This document shows positions 49,236 to 58,619 of a stretch of 61,761 bases of DNA, piece by piece. The position numbers and the translations under genes were made by a program. The notes beneath the pieces were generated by a model, which was not told the origin of the DNA, ran no database searches, and was given only the letters and a program-made list of their open reading frames with translations. The first letter of the stretch is position 1. Each line of letters starts with the position of its first letter. The DNA is from Clostridiales bacterium (GTDB taxonomy: Bacteria; Bacillota; Clostridia; Lachnospirales; Lachnospiraceae). The stretch lies in NCBI GenBank assembly GCA_020860365.1, contig JAJBUL010000237.1, positions 1 to 61,761 of the forward strand, given 5' to 3'.

Positions 49236-49314
49236 ACCTCTTACCCTCGCTGTCTATTGCACATACAATGATTGGAGTGTGAGCGCTCCATTCCTGACCT
49301 TTTCCCTGGTATCA

Positions 49315-50520
49315 TCATGATCTCAGATTAAAAACATATTGATCTAGGCGGTCAAATGCCTCCTGCACCAGACTAAAAGGCAGCGCCAGATTCAGACGAA
49401 TCGCATAGGGGCGATGGAAAGGACGACCATCCTGCCAGATGACACCAACCTCCGCGCCCGCATTTAGTAACTCGTCCAGACTCTTTTTGTTCGCCAGGCA
49501 CCATTTTTCACAGTCCAGGTACATCATATAAGTTCCCTGTGGATGGTAAAGCTCCACGCCGTCAAAATGCTTTTCAATAAAATCATACGCGTAAGAAACA
49601 TTCTGACTCAGAACCTCACAAAGCTCATCCACCCAGGTCGCACCCTCATCGCTATAGGCGCCAATCAGTGCATGCATAGACAGCACATTCATATGATTGT
49701 AACCTGATTTGCTGCCCTGTGCCCGCACACGGTCTCTCAGATAGCTGTTATAAATAATATGATAAGAACCGATAAGTCCTGCCAGGTTAAATGTCTTAGA
49801 CGGCGCATAGAGTGCGATTGTCCGCATTTTCGCGTCCTCTGAGACAGACTGTGTCGGAATATGACGATGCCCGTCCAATAGAATATCCGACCAGATCTCA
49901 TCAGAGACGACAATGCAGTCATTCGCCGCATACACTTCCATCGCTTTTTCGATCTCTTCCTTCTCCCACACACGGCCGCACGGATTGTGCGGGGAACAGA
50001 ATACCGCCAGATGGATCTGGTACTGCTTCAGCTTGCGGTCCATATCCTCATAGTCCATCCGCCACACTCCATCCGCGTCCCGGATCAGATCCGTGAGAAT
50101 AATGCGATACCCTGCCCTCGTCAGATCATTCGTAAACCCGATGTAGGTCGGGCTGTGCAATAACACATAGTCCCCCTGTGAGCAAAACGCATTCGCGGCA
50201 CTGAGCATCCCTCCCAGCACGCCATTCTCATATTTAATGCATTCCGGTGTCAGGTCTTCCACTCCATTGCGCTCCTTCTGCCAGCGAATAATCGTGTCGT
50301 AATATGCCTCCGACGGAGAATAATACCCAAACGCCGGATGGGCTATCCGCTCTGCCATGGCTCTGGTTACAGACGGCGCGGTAGCAAAATTCATATCTGC
50401 CACCCACATCGGGATCTGAGAAAAGCCCTCTCTGGTAATTCCATTCTCGTATGGAATATTATCCACCGCCATGGCGTCTTTTCCTCTCCGATCCATGATT
50501 GTTGTAAAATCATACTTCAT
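49315..50520 (-). CDS. MalY/PatB family PLP-dependent C-S lyase / aminotransferase
   Basis: 'PMWVADMNF', 'CSPHNPCGRVW', 'SDEIW', PLP lysine in 'APSKTFN'. Confidence 0.92.
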   Translation of the reverse strand: MKYDFTTIMDRRGKDAMAVDNIPYENGITREGFSQIPMWVADMNFATAPSVTRAMAERIAHPAFGYYSPSEAYYDTIIRWQKERNGVEDLTPECIKYENGVLGGMLSAANAFCSQGDYVLLHSPTYIGFTNDLTRAGYRIILTDLIRDADGVWRMDYEDMDRKLKQYQIHLAVFCSPHNPCGRVWEKEEIEKAMEVYAANDCIVVSDEIWSDILLDGHRHIPTQSVSEDAKMRTIALYAPSKTFNLAGLIGSYHIIYNSYLRDRVRAQGSKSGYNHMNVLSMHALIGAYSDEGATWVDELCEVLSQNVSYAYDFIEKHFDGVELYHPQGTYMMYLDCEKWCLANKKSLDELLNAGAEVGVIWQDGRPFHRPYAIRLNLALPFSLVQEAFDRLDQYVFNLRS

Positions 50521-50521
50521 G

Positions 50522-51793
50522 TTACTTTCCTCCCAGTTTCTTGCGTTGTTTTTTCGACATGGTTACCGCACAGGCGCCAGTCAAAAATGCACCAATATAG
50601 AGAAGCATTCCCATGACAAATGCGCCGCGATAGCTTCCCAAGCGATCGTAAAAAAGTCCGATTGATGAATAAAGTCCACCACCAATCAGGCTGTTTGCCA
50701 TCATCATAATCGCCCATATCTCTGAATAATTCTTAGAGCCGACAATACTCCTCGCCAGCAAAGGACACTGAACCGTATACATACTTGCCCCAAGGCCAAC
50801 AATAAAAGCCCCTGGAAGAACCAGCATAGGAGACTGCTTGCTCAAAAGCATAAGCAGGTAGCCGACTGTCGTCGTAGCCGCTCCCCAGGTCAGGCCATAG
50901 ACTACACTAAACCGGTCATTCAGCTGCCCGAGTATCAGGCTGCTTCCAATCGTACCTACCGCCAGCGCAATACCCGCATAAGATCCGAAATTAATGGTCT
51001 GTCCCAGCTCCATCGTCGTGTAGGTCACAATATAGCCGGATACTCCACTACCATAAATGTACATCAGGCACGCCGCCCACGCGACATATAAAAACAGAGA
51101 GCCAAATGCCTGTTTCCGTGTCAGCCCCCACTCGGAAGATACTGTGCTTCCATCCGAAGCAATACTCTCTTCCTCATCCTCCCCATAGGGTCTGCACCCT
51201 GCCTCCTGTGGACTCTTGATCAGCAGAAACACCGGCAGTATGGTGATCACTGCACCCATTGCGGCCATAATCAAATACGCGTTCCGCCAGCCACAGGCGG
51301 TGATCAGCCTGGCGGACAGAAAGCTGTAGAAAATGCCGGCACCACTGCCCACCGCCACCACTGTCCCGAGCACCGCACCAGCTCTTTTATGGAACCACAT
51401 ATTTATCACGATCGGCATTGCGACAAATCCAGTAAACGCCTGTGCCACACCGATCAGCGCCCCGGAAAAATAGAACATATAAACCGAATGATAGGTAGAC
51501 ATCAAAGCGACGCCGCAGGTCTCTGCTATGACCGCAATTCCCATCACGAACCCGATTCTTCTGGTAGTGAGGACTTTTGCCGCTGTCGTGTACAGCAAAG
51601 CCATCGCAACTGCCTCAATGCTGACGAACATCGTCAGCTGGCTCACCTGACACCCCAGTTCATTGACAATCGGCGTAATAAAATTGCCCATGGCAGCGCC
51701 TGTCACTGCGGAAGATCCTATTTTGATCATAATGCAGGCAAACATAATCTTCCAGGCATAATGCTGCCTGCCATTACTTGTCTTTGTACTCAT
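50522..51793 (-). CDS. MFS transporter (paralogue of 47943-49235)
   Basis: 'HYAWKIM', 'MGNFITPIV', 'INMWFHKRAG', 'WGLTRKQA'; same motifs as its paralogue. Confidence 0.9.
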   Translation of the reverse strand: MSTKTSNGRQHYAWKIMFACIMIKIGSSAVTGAAMGNFITPIVNELGCQVSQLTMFVSIEAVAMALLYTTAAKVLTTRRIGFVMGIAVIAETCGVALMSTYHSVYMFYFSGALIGVAQAFTGFVAMPIVINMWFHKRAGAVLGTVVAVGSGAGIFYSFLSARLITACGWRNAYLIMAAMGAVITILPVFLLIKSPQEAGCRPYGEDEEESIASDGSTVSSEWGLTRKQAFGSLFLYVAWAACLMYIYGSGVSGYIVTYTTMELGQTINFGSYAGIALAVGTIGSSLILGQLNDRFSVVYGLTWGAATTTVGYLLMLLSKQSPMLVLPGAFIVGLGASMYTVQCPLLARSIVGSKNYSEIWAIMMMANSLIGGGLYSSIGLFYDRLGSYRGAFVMGMLLYIGAFLTGACAVTMSKKQRKKLGGK

Positions 51794-51818
51794 ACTAAAC
51801 CTTTCCTCTCTTCACTCT

Positions 51819-52244
51819 TTACTCTTCTCCAGCCTCAATAAATCCGTCCATCGCAGCATCCAGATAGTCAGCAAACTGCACCTGGTATTCCTCTGTATGC
51901 AGACTCTCGGTCGCCTGGAATAATATGGTAAAAATAAGGAACACAATTGCCATTCCCACTATGGAATTCAGGAGACTGTGATTCTTTAAAAAGGGGAGTC
52001 TGCTGCGAAGCGGCGTGTCTGAAAGGAAGATCATCGGGCTCAACATCCAGAGAAAAATCACGAGAGATGACAGTTTCATCACCAGTGTATCCCAGATACT
52101 CGCTGGAACCAGAGGCGGGGTGACCATGCATAGCACAAAAACAGCCACACAGCCAATATAATAGCATACGGCAAGTATACTCTTCCATGGTGTCCCGCTC
52201 CGAAATCCAAAAAGAATCTTCTTTCTTTTTTTCTGCCCGTCCAA
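51819..52244 (-). CDS. Hypothetical membrane protein (about 3 TM)
   Basis: 'GFRSGTPWKSILA' followed by hydrophobic segments; in the operon. Confidence 0.65.
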   Translation of the reverse strand: MDGQKKRKKILFGFRSGTPWKSILAVCYYIGCVAVFVLCMVTPPLVPASIWDTLVMKLSSLVIFLWMLSPMIFLSDTPLRSRLPFLKNHSLLNSIVGMAIVFLIFTILFQATESLHTEEYQVQFADYLDAAMDGFIEAGEE

Positions 52245-52278
52245 TCCCTGTCACCCCACATGTTTTGCATTTTTCATG

Positions 52279-52307
52279 CAGGTCTTCGCAGCAAATGCGA
52301 AGACCTG
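52279..52307. other. Intra-operon stem-loop
   Basis: Perfect 12-bp stem caggtcttcgca-gcaaa-tgcgaagacctg; no U-tract on the coding (minus) strand. Confidence 0.6.
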
Positions 52308-52329
52308 TTTTAAATAATACCTCTTGCTT

Positions 52330-53163
52330 TTATTTTGAGTCGTCCTTTGCCAGTTCTTCTTCCAGTTCACGAATTTTTCTCACATATTCGGCCACAATTT
52401 CACCCACCACTGGGCCTCCCCATTTTCCGCCTTCAAAAGCAGAGCCTACCAGCGCCCCATCCGCATAGCGCAGTCTTCGCTTACAGTTCTCTACATTTGT
52501 GCCTCCGCCCAGGATCACCGGGATCGGTCCGACTGCCTTTACATCTTTTACCAGGCGCTCATTCATCTCCTCATCACTGTGAAGGACTTCTACTGCGTCC
52601 GCTCCAACACGCATGGACATCCCTGCAAGATTTCGGATATTCTCAGGGCTATATTCGCCTTTGAAATGATAGCCCGAAACCTCCGCGAGCATCGCAACGC
52701 CCTTCGCATTGATTTTCGCCCGGTATTCCATTACTTTCAGCGGATCCGCATTGATGACACCCCCAAATGGAGAAGGAGTCGAGCCTACCAGTGCTGTGCA
52801 ACGGATGAAATCCGCCCCGGTCGCCTTCGCTACCGCCAAAGACGGAGTAATACAGTTCCACATCAACTGCACACCCATCTTAAAATCCGGTCCCACCGCG
52901 TCACGGACGCGCGCGGCAACCATCGCAAGTGTAGCCACACGGGCATAATCCGTATCATCGCCAACTGGATATACATTATCCACAGACTGCAGCAATCCAC
53001 CATCGGCTCCATTTGCTTTCAGGGTCTGGCAATCCTGAATCGCTTTCCTGGTCATCTTATCCAGATTTCCTTCTTCATACTGTGCCGTTCCCGGCATTGG
53101 AAGCAAGTGCACCAGACCGATCACGAGTTTTTTCCCATTCAAATCTTTAAACATACTCTCCAA
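52330..53163 (-). CDS. BtpA/SgcQ family TIM-barrel protein
   Basis: 'VIGLVHLLPMPG', 'ATGADFIR', 'PVILGGGTNVEN', 'DGALVGS'; start TTG 53163 or ATG 53154. Confidence 0.87.
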   Translation of the reverse strand: MESMFKDLNGKKLVIGLVHLLPMPGTAQYEEGNLDKMTRKAIQDCQTLKANGADGGLLQSVDNVYPVGDDTDYARVATLAMVAARVRDAVGPDFKMGVQLMWNCITPSLAVAKATGADFIRCTALVGSTPSPFGGVINADPLKVMEYRAKINAKGVAMLAEVSGYHFKGEYSPENIRNLAGMSMRVGADAVEVLHSDEEMNERLVKDVKAVGPIPVILGGGTNVENCKRRLRYADGALVGSAFEGGKWGGPVVGEIVAEYVRKIRELEEELAKDDSK

Positions 53164-53174
53164 CCTCTCTCCTT

Positions 53175-54134
53175 CTAGTTGTTTTTATATTTTTTATAAA
53201 GTTCCTCCGCCATCGCATAACACTGCTCCCGCACACCAAGCATATCCGGAATTGCCCCATACTGATTGATATTCATCGCGGAACCTACATTCGCCATAAT
53301 GCCAACCATCAGAGGATCCTTTCCTTCCGCATACGCGTAAAGTGCTGCGCCGGTCGAAGTATTTCCACAGCCGGTCGGATCAACAACAGTGCAGGGTGCC
53401 GGCGGAAGGTAGTAAGCCGCATCCGGTGTCACACTGTACAGGCCTCTGCCGCCGACACGAAACAGCGTAAAACTGACAGGAAGCTTCTGGAGCTCGGCAA
53501 TGCAAGCTTCATCACCTTCTACCTCAAACAATCGCTGTGCTTCCTGAATATTCAGGCTGAAAATATCTGCCACTTCTGCCGCGCGGTAGATATTTTCCCG
53601 GAATTCTGGAAAAGCTACAGACCCTTCCAGCTCCCACATCATGCAGAATCCATCTCGTTCCTTGATCCTGCGAATTTTCTCCCAGAATACACGGTCACAG
53701 TTCTGAGCCAGATACACGCCCTTTACACCGCCTTTTTCTGTCAGAGCGCCAATGTCCTCCGGTGAAGTCTTCATAAACCCAAAATCTTCCCAGCGGGTTC
53801 CCCGCCGCAAAAAACTCTCGTTTTGCGAATTACTCGGAGCAGCGCCAGCCATCGCTCCGCCCTTTGTTTCATAGGTAATATAGGAGTGATTGCAATGATC
53901 ACACACAACTTTCAGAAAAGACGTATCTACTCCGTTTTTTTCTACCCATGGAGCAAAAATTTCCTCGTAGTCCGCCCCAAGCTTGCTACACTGAATCACG
54001 CTGTCCGTCCAGATTTTGATTCCTGTATAGGCAAATGTAGCCGGTCCCCCAATGTGCTCTCCGTCCGAACCGGACCCATCTGCAAAGGATACGCTGTCTA
54101 TCATCACATTGCCAGCCGCTATATATTCTGCCAT
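53175..54134 (-). CDS. PfkB/ribokinase family kinase, MAK32-like subgroup
   Basis: 'GNVMID...IGGPATFA', 'FSLNIQEA', anion-hole motif 'DPTGCGNTSTG'. Confidence 0.85.
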   Translation of the reverse strand: MAEYIAAGNVMIDSVSFADGSGSDGEHIGGPATFAYTGIKIWTDSVIQCSKLGADYEEIFAPWVEKNGVDTSFLKVVCDHCNHSYITYETKGGAMAGAAPSNSQNESFLRRGTRWEDFGFMKTSPEDIGALTEKGGVKGVYLAQNCDRVFWEKIRRIKERDGFCMMWELEGSVAFPEFRENIYRAAEVADIFSLNIQEAQRLFEVEGDEACIAELQKLPVSFTLFRVGGRGLYSVTPDAAYYLPPAPCTVVDPTGCGNTSTGAALYAYAEGKDPLMVGIMANVGSAMNINQYGAIPDMLGVREQCYAMAEELYKKYKNN

Positions 54135-54249
54135 CTCTTACCCCTTTCTTTTCCTGTATTCCCTGTGTTCTTACTCATTTTTGTTTTTCTTTTTTCACAT
54201 TCTTTCGTTTCCAGTGTATTCCCGTTTTTTCCAGTATTCTCTTTTCCCG

Positions 54250-55377
54250 TCAGATTACAATTATCTCACTGGTTGCAATCGTAAACACAGACGGGTCTAC
54301 CTTTTCCGCTGTTCCGAAATAAGCGCTCCCCTGCTGCACTGCACGATAGGAGGCAAGCAGCGTCCCCGGAATATATGCGTACAATAATCCCAAAAAGCGA
54401 TAGTCCTCCCTGGGCAAAGGAATCCTGCAAAATCCAACCGGTGCAGATATGCCAACTTCTGATGGTTCTTTATCGCAAATCAAAAATACATAACGTCCTT
54501 TTGAATATGCAAACATTGCTGCATCTGCGATCCGTCCGATATTCGCCTCATCACTCCACGCCAGGAGCATTGTCCCATAGGCCAGTTCCGGTGCAATCAT
54601 ATTATTTACATGGAAGAAATTTTCCGAATCAATGACGGTACACTTGTCACCGGACGCTTCCGCAAATTTTGCTGAAACAAATTCCGCGCATGCAAACTGT
54701 GGACCATCCGCAATCACCTCAAATCCTTTTGCGGACTTCATTTCTTCCGCCGCCGCCTGGCAATCCTCATCTATCCGGTCGAACCTGCGCATAAAAAGAA
54801 CATGATACTCTAGCAAAGCCTCCAAAAGCTCTGTACAGGCTTTGGTATCTCCACTTCTGACTTCCGACAGAACGGCCGCAAGTATGAGCAAAGAAAGCAT
54901 GGACGCATAGTAGCTGCCCAGTCCAGGTGCATCCGGAGCAATTTTCGTCAGATAAATATAATCAGCTGCCTTCGCCACGCGCGATTCTGCGTTGTGTGTA
55001 AGTGCAACCGTCATACATCCGTGCTTTTTCCCTCGCTCCAAAAGCTCCACCACCCGCGCGGAACCGCCTCCGGCACTGACCGCCACGATCAACGTGTTCG
55101 GCTCCTGCTCTTCAAGCGGGAGATACCGTGTCGCTTCGATAATCCCAGGCGCCATCACCTGACAGCCATCTCCAAGATAAAAAGAAAATGCCTGTAAAGC
55201 CTCCACACAGGCCAGATAGGAATCCCCACAACCGGACAGAATGATGCGATCTATCCGCCTTAGTTTTTCATCAGGCAACAATCCCCGGAAATGCGCGAGT
55301 GCAAAATCAAATTGTGTGATTGCCTGATCATCCAGGCTACGGCACAGATTTCTCAATTTATTCTCCGTATATTCCAT
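54250..55377 (-). CDS. Double-SIS domain protein, type B copy 1
   Basis: ATG 55377 after AAGGAG; 'SGCGDSY', 'VSAGGGS', 'KFAEASGD...DSENFFHVN'. Confidence 0.85.
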   Translation of the reverse strand: MEYTENKLRNLCRSLDDQAITQFDFALAHFRGLLPDEKLRRIDRIILSGCGDSYLACVEALQAFSFYLGDGCQVMAPGIIEATRYLPLEEQEPNTLIVAVSAGGGSARVVELLERGKKHGCMTVALTHNAESRVAKAADYIYLTKIAPDAPGLGSYYASMLSLLILAAVLSEVRSGDTKACTELLEALLEYHVLFMRRFDRIDEDCQAAAEEMKSAKGFEVIADGPQFACAEFVSAKFAEASGDKCTVIDSENFFHVNNMIAPELAYGTMLLAWSDEANIGRIADAAMFAYSKGRYVFLICDKEPSEVGISAPVGFCRIPLPREDYRFLGLLYAYIPGTLLASYRAVQQGSAYFGTAEKVDPSVFTIATSEIIVI

Positions 55378-55393
55378 CTCCGTCTCCTTTCTG

Positions 55394-56524
55394 TCAGCCA
55401 AATGACATATTCCACTTCTGTGTCCTGTAATCATACCTTCCGCCAAAAAACAGCTTCTCTGCCACCGCTGCGGTGTATCCCCCCGCCAGAGAGCCGGGGA
55501 TAAAACTAACCAGAGGAAGTAGCCATTCATAGCCTTCCGGGGGCGCAGGGAGCCGACATACAGTAATACGTTCATCTGTCAGAGAACTCACATTGTCAGT
55601 CACCAACAGCACCGGTCGCCCCAGCGCTGCCGCGGAATTTGCGCTCTCCAACACCCGATTGTAATCTGGCTGTGAGCGAAACGCGTGAAAAATCGTTCCT
55701 ATCGTCTGTGGTTCTTTCAGGAAAAACGGAATATGACACCAGTCTTCCGCATCTGTATGTGAGCACTGTGTTCCGGCACACTCAATAAATTTTTCCTCTA
55801 CAAATTGTGCAGTAAAATAATCGGGGCCATCCCCAACAATATCAAACCGCGTAAAATCTCTCCATTTTACGGAGAGATTGAAAACAAGATCATCGATCTC
55901 CTCCAGACATTCCCTATAGCTCGACACATAGGCTCCTGTCACTCGTTTTATCTCTTCGAACCTGTCATCACTCAAAAGACCTTTACAGCGTCCGATGTGT
56001 GTCCCCAACGCAACAATTGCAACCATATTAGCGAAATAAGAGCGCAAGCCAGGTGTATTGCATAACTCCGGCGTCTCCGTAGCATAAAACAATTCCGCGG
56101 CTTTTGCACCCTTTGATTCCGGGTTGTTGGAAATCAGCATCGTTCTCGCTCCAGCATCCTTACTGCACTCCAGTATTTTGACAATGCGCTCGGAAGAACC
56201 GCTCGCGCTGATCGCCACGGTCAGAGCGGCTCTGCCTCCGGTAATTTTCTGATTCGTCCAGAAAGCTGTATAATCCATCGGATCCGGTGCAAAGGTCGCT
56301 GAAATTCCTGACAGGGCGGCAAAAGCCGCCCGCATCGCGCCGGCCGCGGAGTAGGAATCCCCACAGCCGGTTAACACTACCCGTTCAAGAGCAGCAAATT
56401 GTTCTCTCGGCAGAATCGCATCTAGTTTCGCGGTGGAAAAACAGTTTTCCGCCTGTATGACCGCAAGCTCCGGAAGGCTGTTTACCTGAAGCGTCACGGT
56501 GTTATAATAATCCTGTCTGTTCAT
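55394..56524 (-). CDS. Double-SIS domain protein, type A copy 1
   Basis: ATG 56524 after GAGGAGG; 'TGCGDSYSA', 'ISASGSS', 'TPGLRSY', 'KFIECAG...EDWCH'. Confidence 0.85.
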   Translation of the reverse strand: MNRQDYYNTVTLQVNSLPELAVIQAENCFSTAKLDAILPREQFAALERVVLTGCGDSYSAAGAMRAAFAALSGISATFAPDPMDYTAFWTNQKITGGRAALTVAISASGSSERIVKILECSKDAGARTMLISNNPESKGAKAAELFYATETPELCNTPGLRSYFANMVAIVALGTHIGRCKGLLSDDRFEEIKRVTGAYVSSYRECLEEIDDLVFNLSVKWRDFTRFDIVGDGPDYFTAQFVEEKFIECAGTQCSHTDAEDWCHIPFFLKEPQTIGTIFHAFRSQPDYNRVLESANSAAALGRPVLLVTDNVSSLTDERITVCRLPAPPEGYEWLLPLVSFIPGSLAGGYTAAVAEKLFFGGRYDYRTQKWNMSFG

Positions 56525-56564
56525 CTGTCCCTCCTCTGTGTCTATCATATGCCTTATTACGTTG

Positions 56565-57524
56565 TCATGGCTTTGTTGCGGTTCCCTTCATCTCCTCCAA
56601 CTTCTTCATATTCTTTCGAATCAGTCGTTCTTCCGCGCCAGAACGATAACCGCTCATCACCAGATAGACCACCGTCGCCAGGGCAAATGGCAATGCGAGC
56701 AACAGATACGGGTCTGTAACTACGGTAGATAAATAATTTGATGTTGAATAGGCAAGGCCAAAAATAAAACTCACCAGCAATGCGCCAATCGGCTCAGAAT
56801 TTCCAATTGTCGCAGCCGCCATACCAACAAAACCCTTACTGGCCGTCAACCCTTTTGAGAAGAAATTCTGATAGCCCATTGACAGGTACATACCTCCGAA
56901 ACTGCCTACCGCAGCCGCGATCACAAACGCGATCGTATAAATCTGCTTTGTCTTAATTCCAACTGACTCCGCAGCCGCCGGATTCTGCCCGATCGCCCGC
57001 ATTCTCAGCCCCAACTTTGTGCGGTACAATAGGAACCACACCGCAAATGTCATAATAAATGCCAGATATGTGAACACATTATGTCCAGAAACTATTGCGC
57101 CAATAATCGGGATGTTTTTGATAATCGGAATATTCACATCGCCTAGCGCCAGGCTGTTAATCGCTCCCGCCGTGTTTGCCTTCGTTCCTGTGATAACCCA
57201 CATTACAAAAATTGTACCTCCGGTTAACGCCATATTCATGGAGATTGACATCAGATAGAGGTCTACTTTCATTACAAAAGCGGCAAAGCAGATAATCAAC
57301 ACCACCACGACCGAAGATAACATTCCAATCAGGATACCCAGCCACACATTTTGAAAGGCAGCGCTTGCGATCACACCAGACAGAGCGGAAACAAGCAGCA
57401 TACTTTCTCCTGCCATATTCATCAAACCTGCCTGTGAAGAAATAGTTGAACAGATCGCAATAAAAATAATAGGTGTTGAGATACGGATTACAGCATAGAT
57501 AAAGCTTGTAATACTGCTCAGCAT
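56565..57524 (-). CDS. Nucleoside/simple-sugar ABC permease (NupC/YufQ-like)
   Basis: 'STPIIF...AGLMNMAGE', 'RTKLGLRMRAIGQNPAAAESVGI'. Confidence 0.88.
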   Translation of the reverse strand: MLSSITSFIYAVIRISTPIIFIAICSTISSQAGLMNMAGESMLLVSALSGVIASAAFQNVWLGILIGMLSSVVVVLIICFAAFVMKVDLYLMSISMNMALTGGTIFVMWVITGTKANTAGAINSLALGDVNIPIIKNIPIIGAIVSGHNVFTYLAFIMTFAVWFLLYRTKLGLRMRAIGQNPAAAESVGIKTKQIYTIAFVIAAAVGSFGGMYLSMGYQNFFSKGLTASKGFVGMAAATIGNSEPIGALLVSFIFGLAYSTSNYLSTVVTDPYLLLALPFALATVVYLVMSGYRSGAEERLIRKNMKKLEEMKGTATKP

Positions 57525-57527
57525 AGA

Positions 57528-58619
57528 TTAAGCCACCTCCTCCTGACTTTCTTTCGAAGCTTTGATGATGGATTTCTGACGCGCTTTGCTCAGGAAGCCC
57601 TCCGCCGCCACGAAGAAAATAATCACGGCCTGTAGCATTGTCACCATCTCGACCGGTATGTTTGTATTTGTATTCAATACAGCTGCCGCCGTCCGGATAT
57701 AGGCCATTACAAAAGCAGTCAGCGGAACATAAAGCGGTGACTTTTGTGCCATTACCGCGATGATCAGTCCGTCCATACCGATATTCGTCAGAGCCGTCAA
57801 CTGATAATTGTTGTATGCACCAAAGACCTCTACACACGCAGCCAAACCGGCAAAAAGGCCACCCAGGAGCTGTCCCATAAATGGAACAACCTTTACATTA
57901 ATCCCGGCGTACTTCGCAAACGAGGGGTTCGAACCGGTCAGGCGGATTTCCACGCCCAGTCGAGTGCGGTAAAAAATAACAATCGCTACGATCACACCGA
58001 TCACTGCTAACCAGAATCCATCATGCGCGTTGGTATTACCCCACCATCTTGCAAAACGCATGTTGTCCGGATACGTCTTAGACGCGATAAAGGACAGCGT
58101 CCGGTCAGCCGCATATTTACGGATCAGAGACAAAGCTATATAAAGACATACACTATTCAATACGATAGATGTTACCGTCTCATTCGCACCAAGCTTCTCA
58201 CGGCCGGCAGCCGGAATCATGGAGACCACGCCGCCTGTCAGCATACAGGTAACCGCGATCAGGGTAATATTCACGATCCATGGCAGGTTTGTCATAAATG
58301 TTGTATTAAACATAACCAGGATAATCGGTACTGGTGCAATATTAATAATTCCTTCCGCAATCATACTAAAGCGTCCGCTTGCATAAACAAAACACATACC
58401 GCAGCCACAGAGCATATACGGACCCCATCTGGAGAGTACCTGCGCAAACCGCCGTCTTGAAGTAAACGGCCCGATTGCGAAATTATATACCGCATCTCTC
58501 CAGCCATCCGCGCCAGTGACCAGACAAATAATCACAAGGCATACCGCATATGCGATAATAATTCCGAGGACAACTCTTAAAAACGTGTAAAAATGATCTA
58601 TCCTCTGCACTTTCTTCAT
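57528..58619 (-). CDS. Nucleoside/simple-sugar ABC permease (NupB/YufP-like)
   Basis: 'GANETVTSIVLN', 'RTRLGVEIRLTGSNPSFAKYAGIN', 'GMDGLIIA'. Confidence 0.88.
   Translation of the reverse strand: MKKVQRIDHFYTFLRVVLGIIIAYAVCLVIICLVTGADGWRDAVYNFAIGPFTSRRRFAQVLSRWGPYMLCGCGMCFVYASGRFSMIAEGIINIAPVPIILVMFNTTFMTNLPWIVNITLIAVTCMLTGGVVSMIPAAGREKLGANETVTSIVLNSVCLYIALSLIRKYAADRTLSFIASKTYPDNMRFARWWGNTNAHDGFWLAVIGVIVAIVIFYRTRLGVEIRLTGSNPSFAKYAGINVKVVPFMGQLLGGLFAGLAACVEVFGAYNNYQLTALTNIGMDGLIIAVMAQKSPLYVPLTAFVMAYIRTAAAVLNTNTNIPVEMVTMLQAVIIFFVAAEGFLSKARQKSIIKASKESQEEVA

Noticed and set aside
45449-52307. REP-like family from the shared hairpin core cgcagc(a/t)(a/t)atgcgaag at about 45460 and 52290
   Set aside because: Only two clear copies with different stems; adequately explained as ordinary terminator or stabiliser hairpins.
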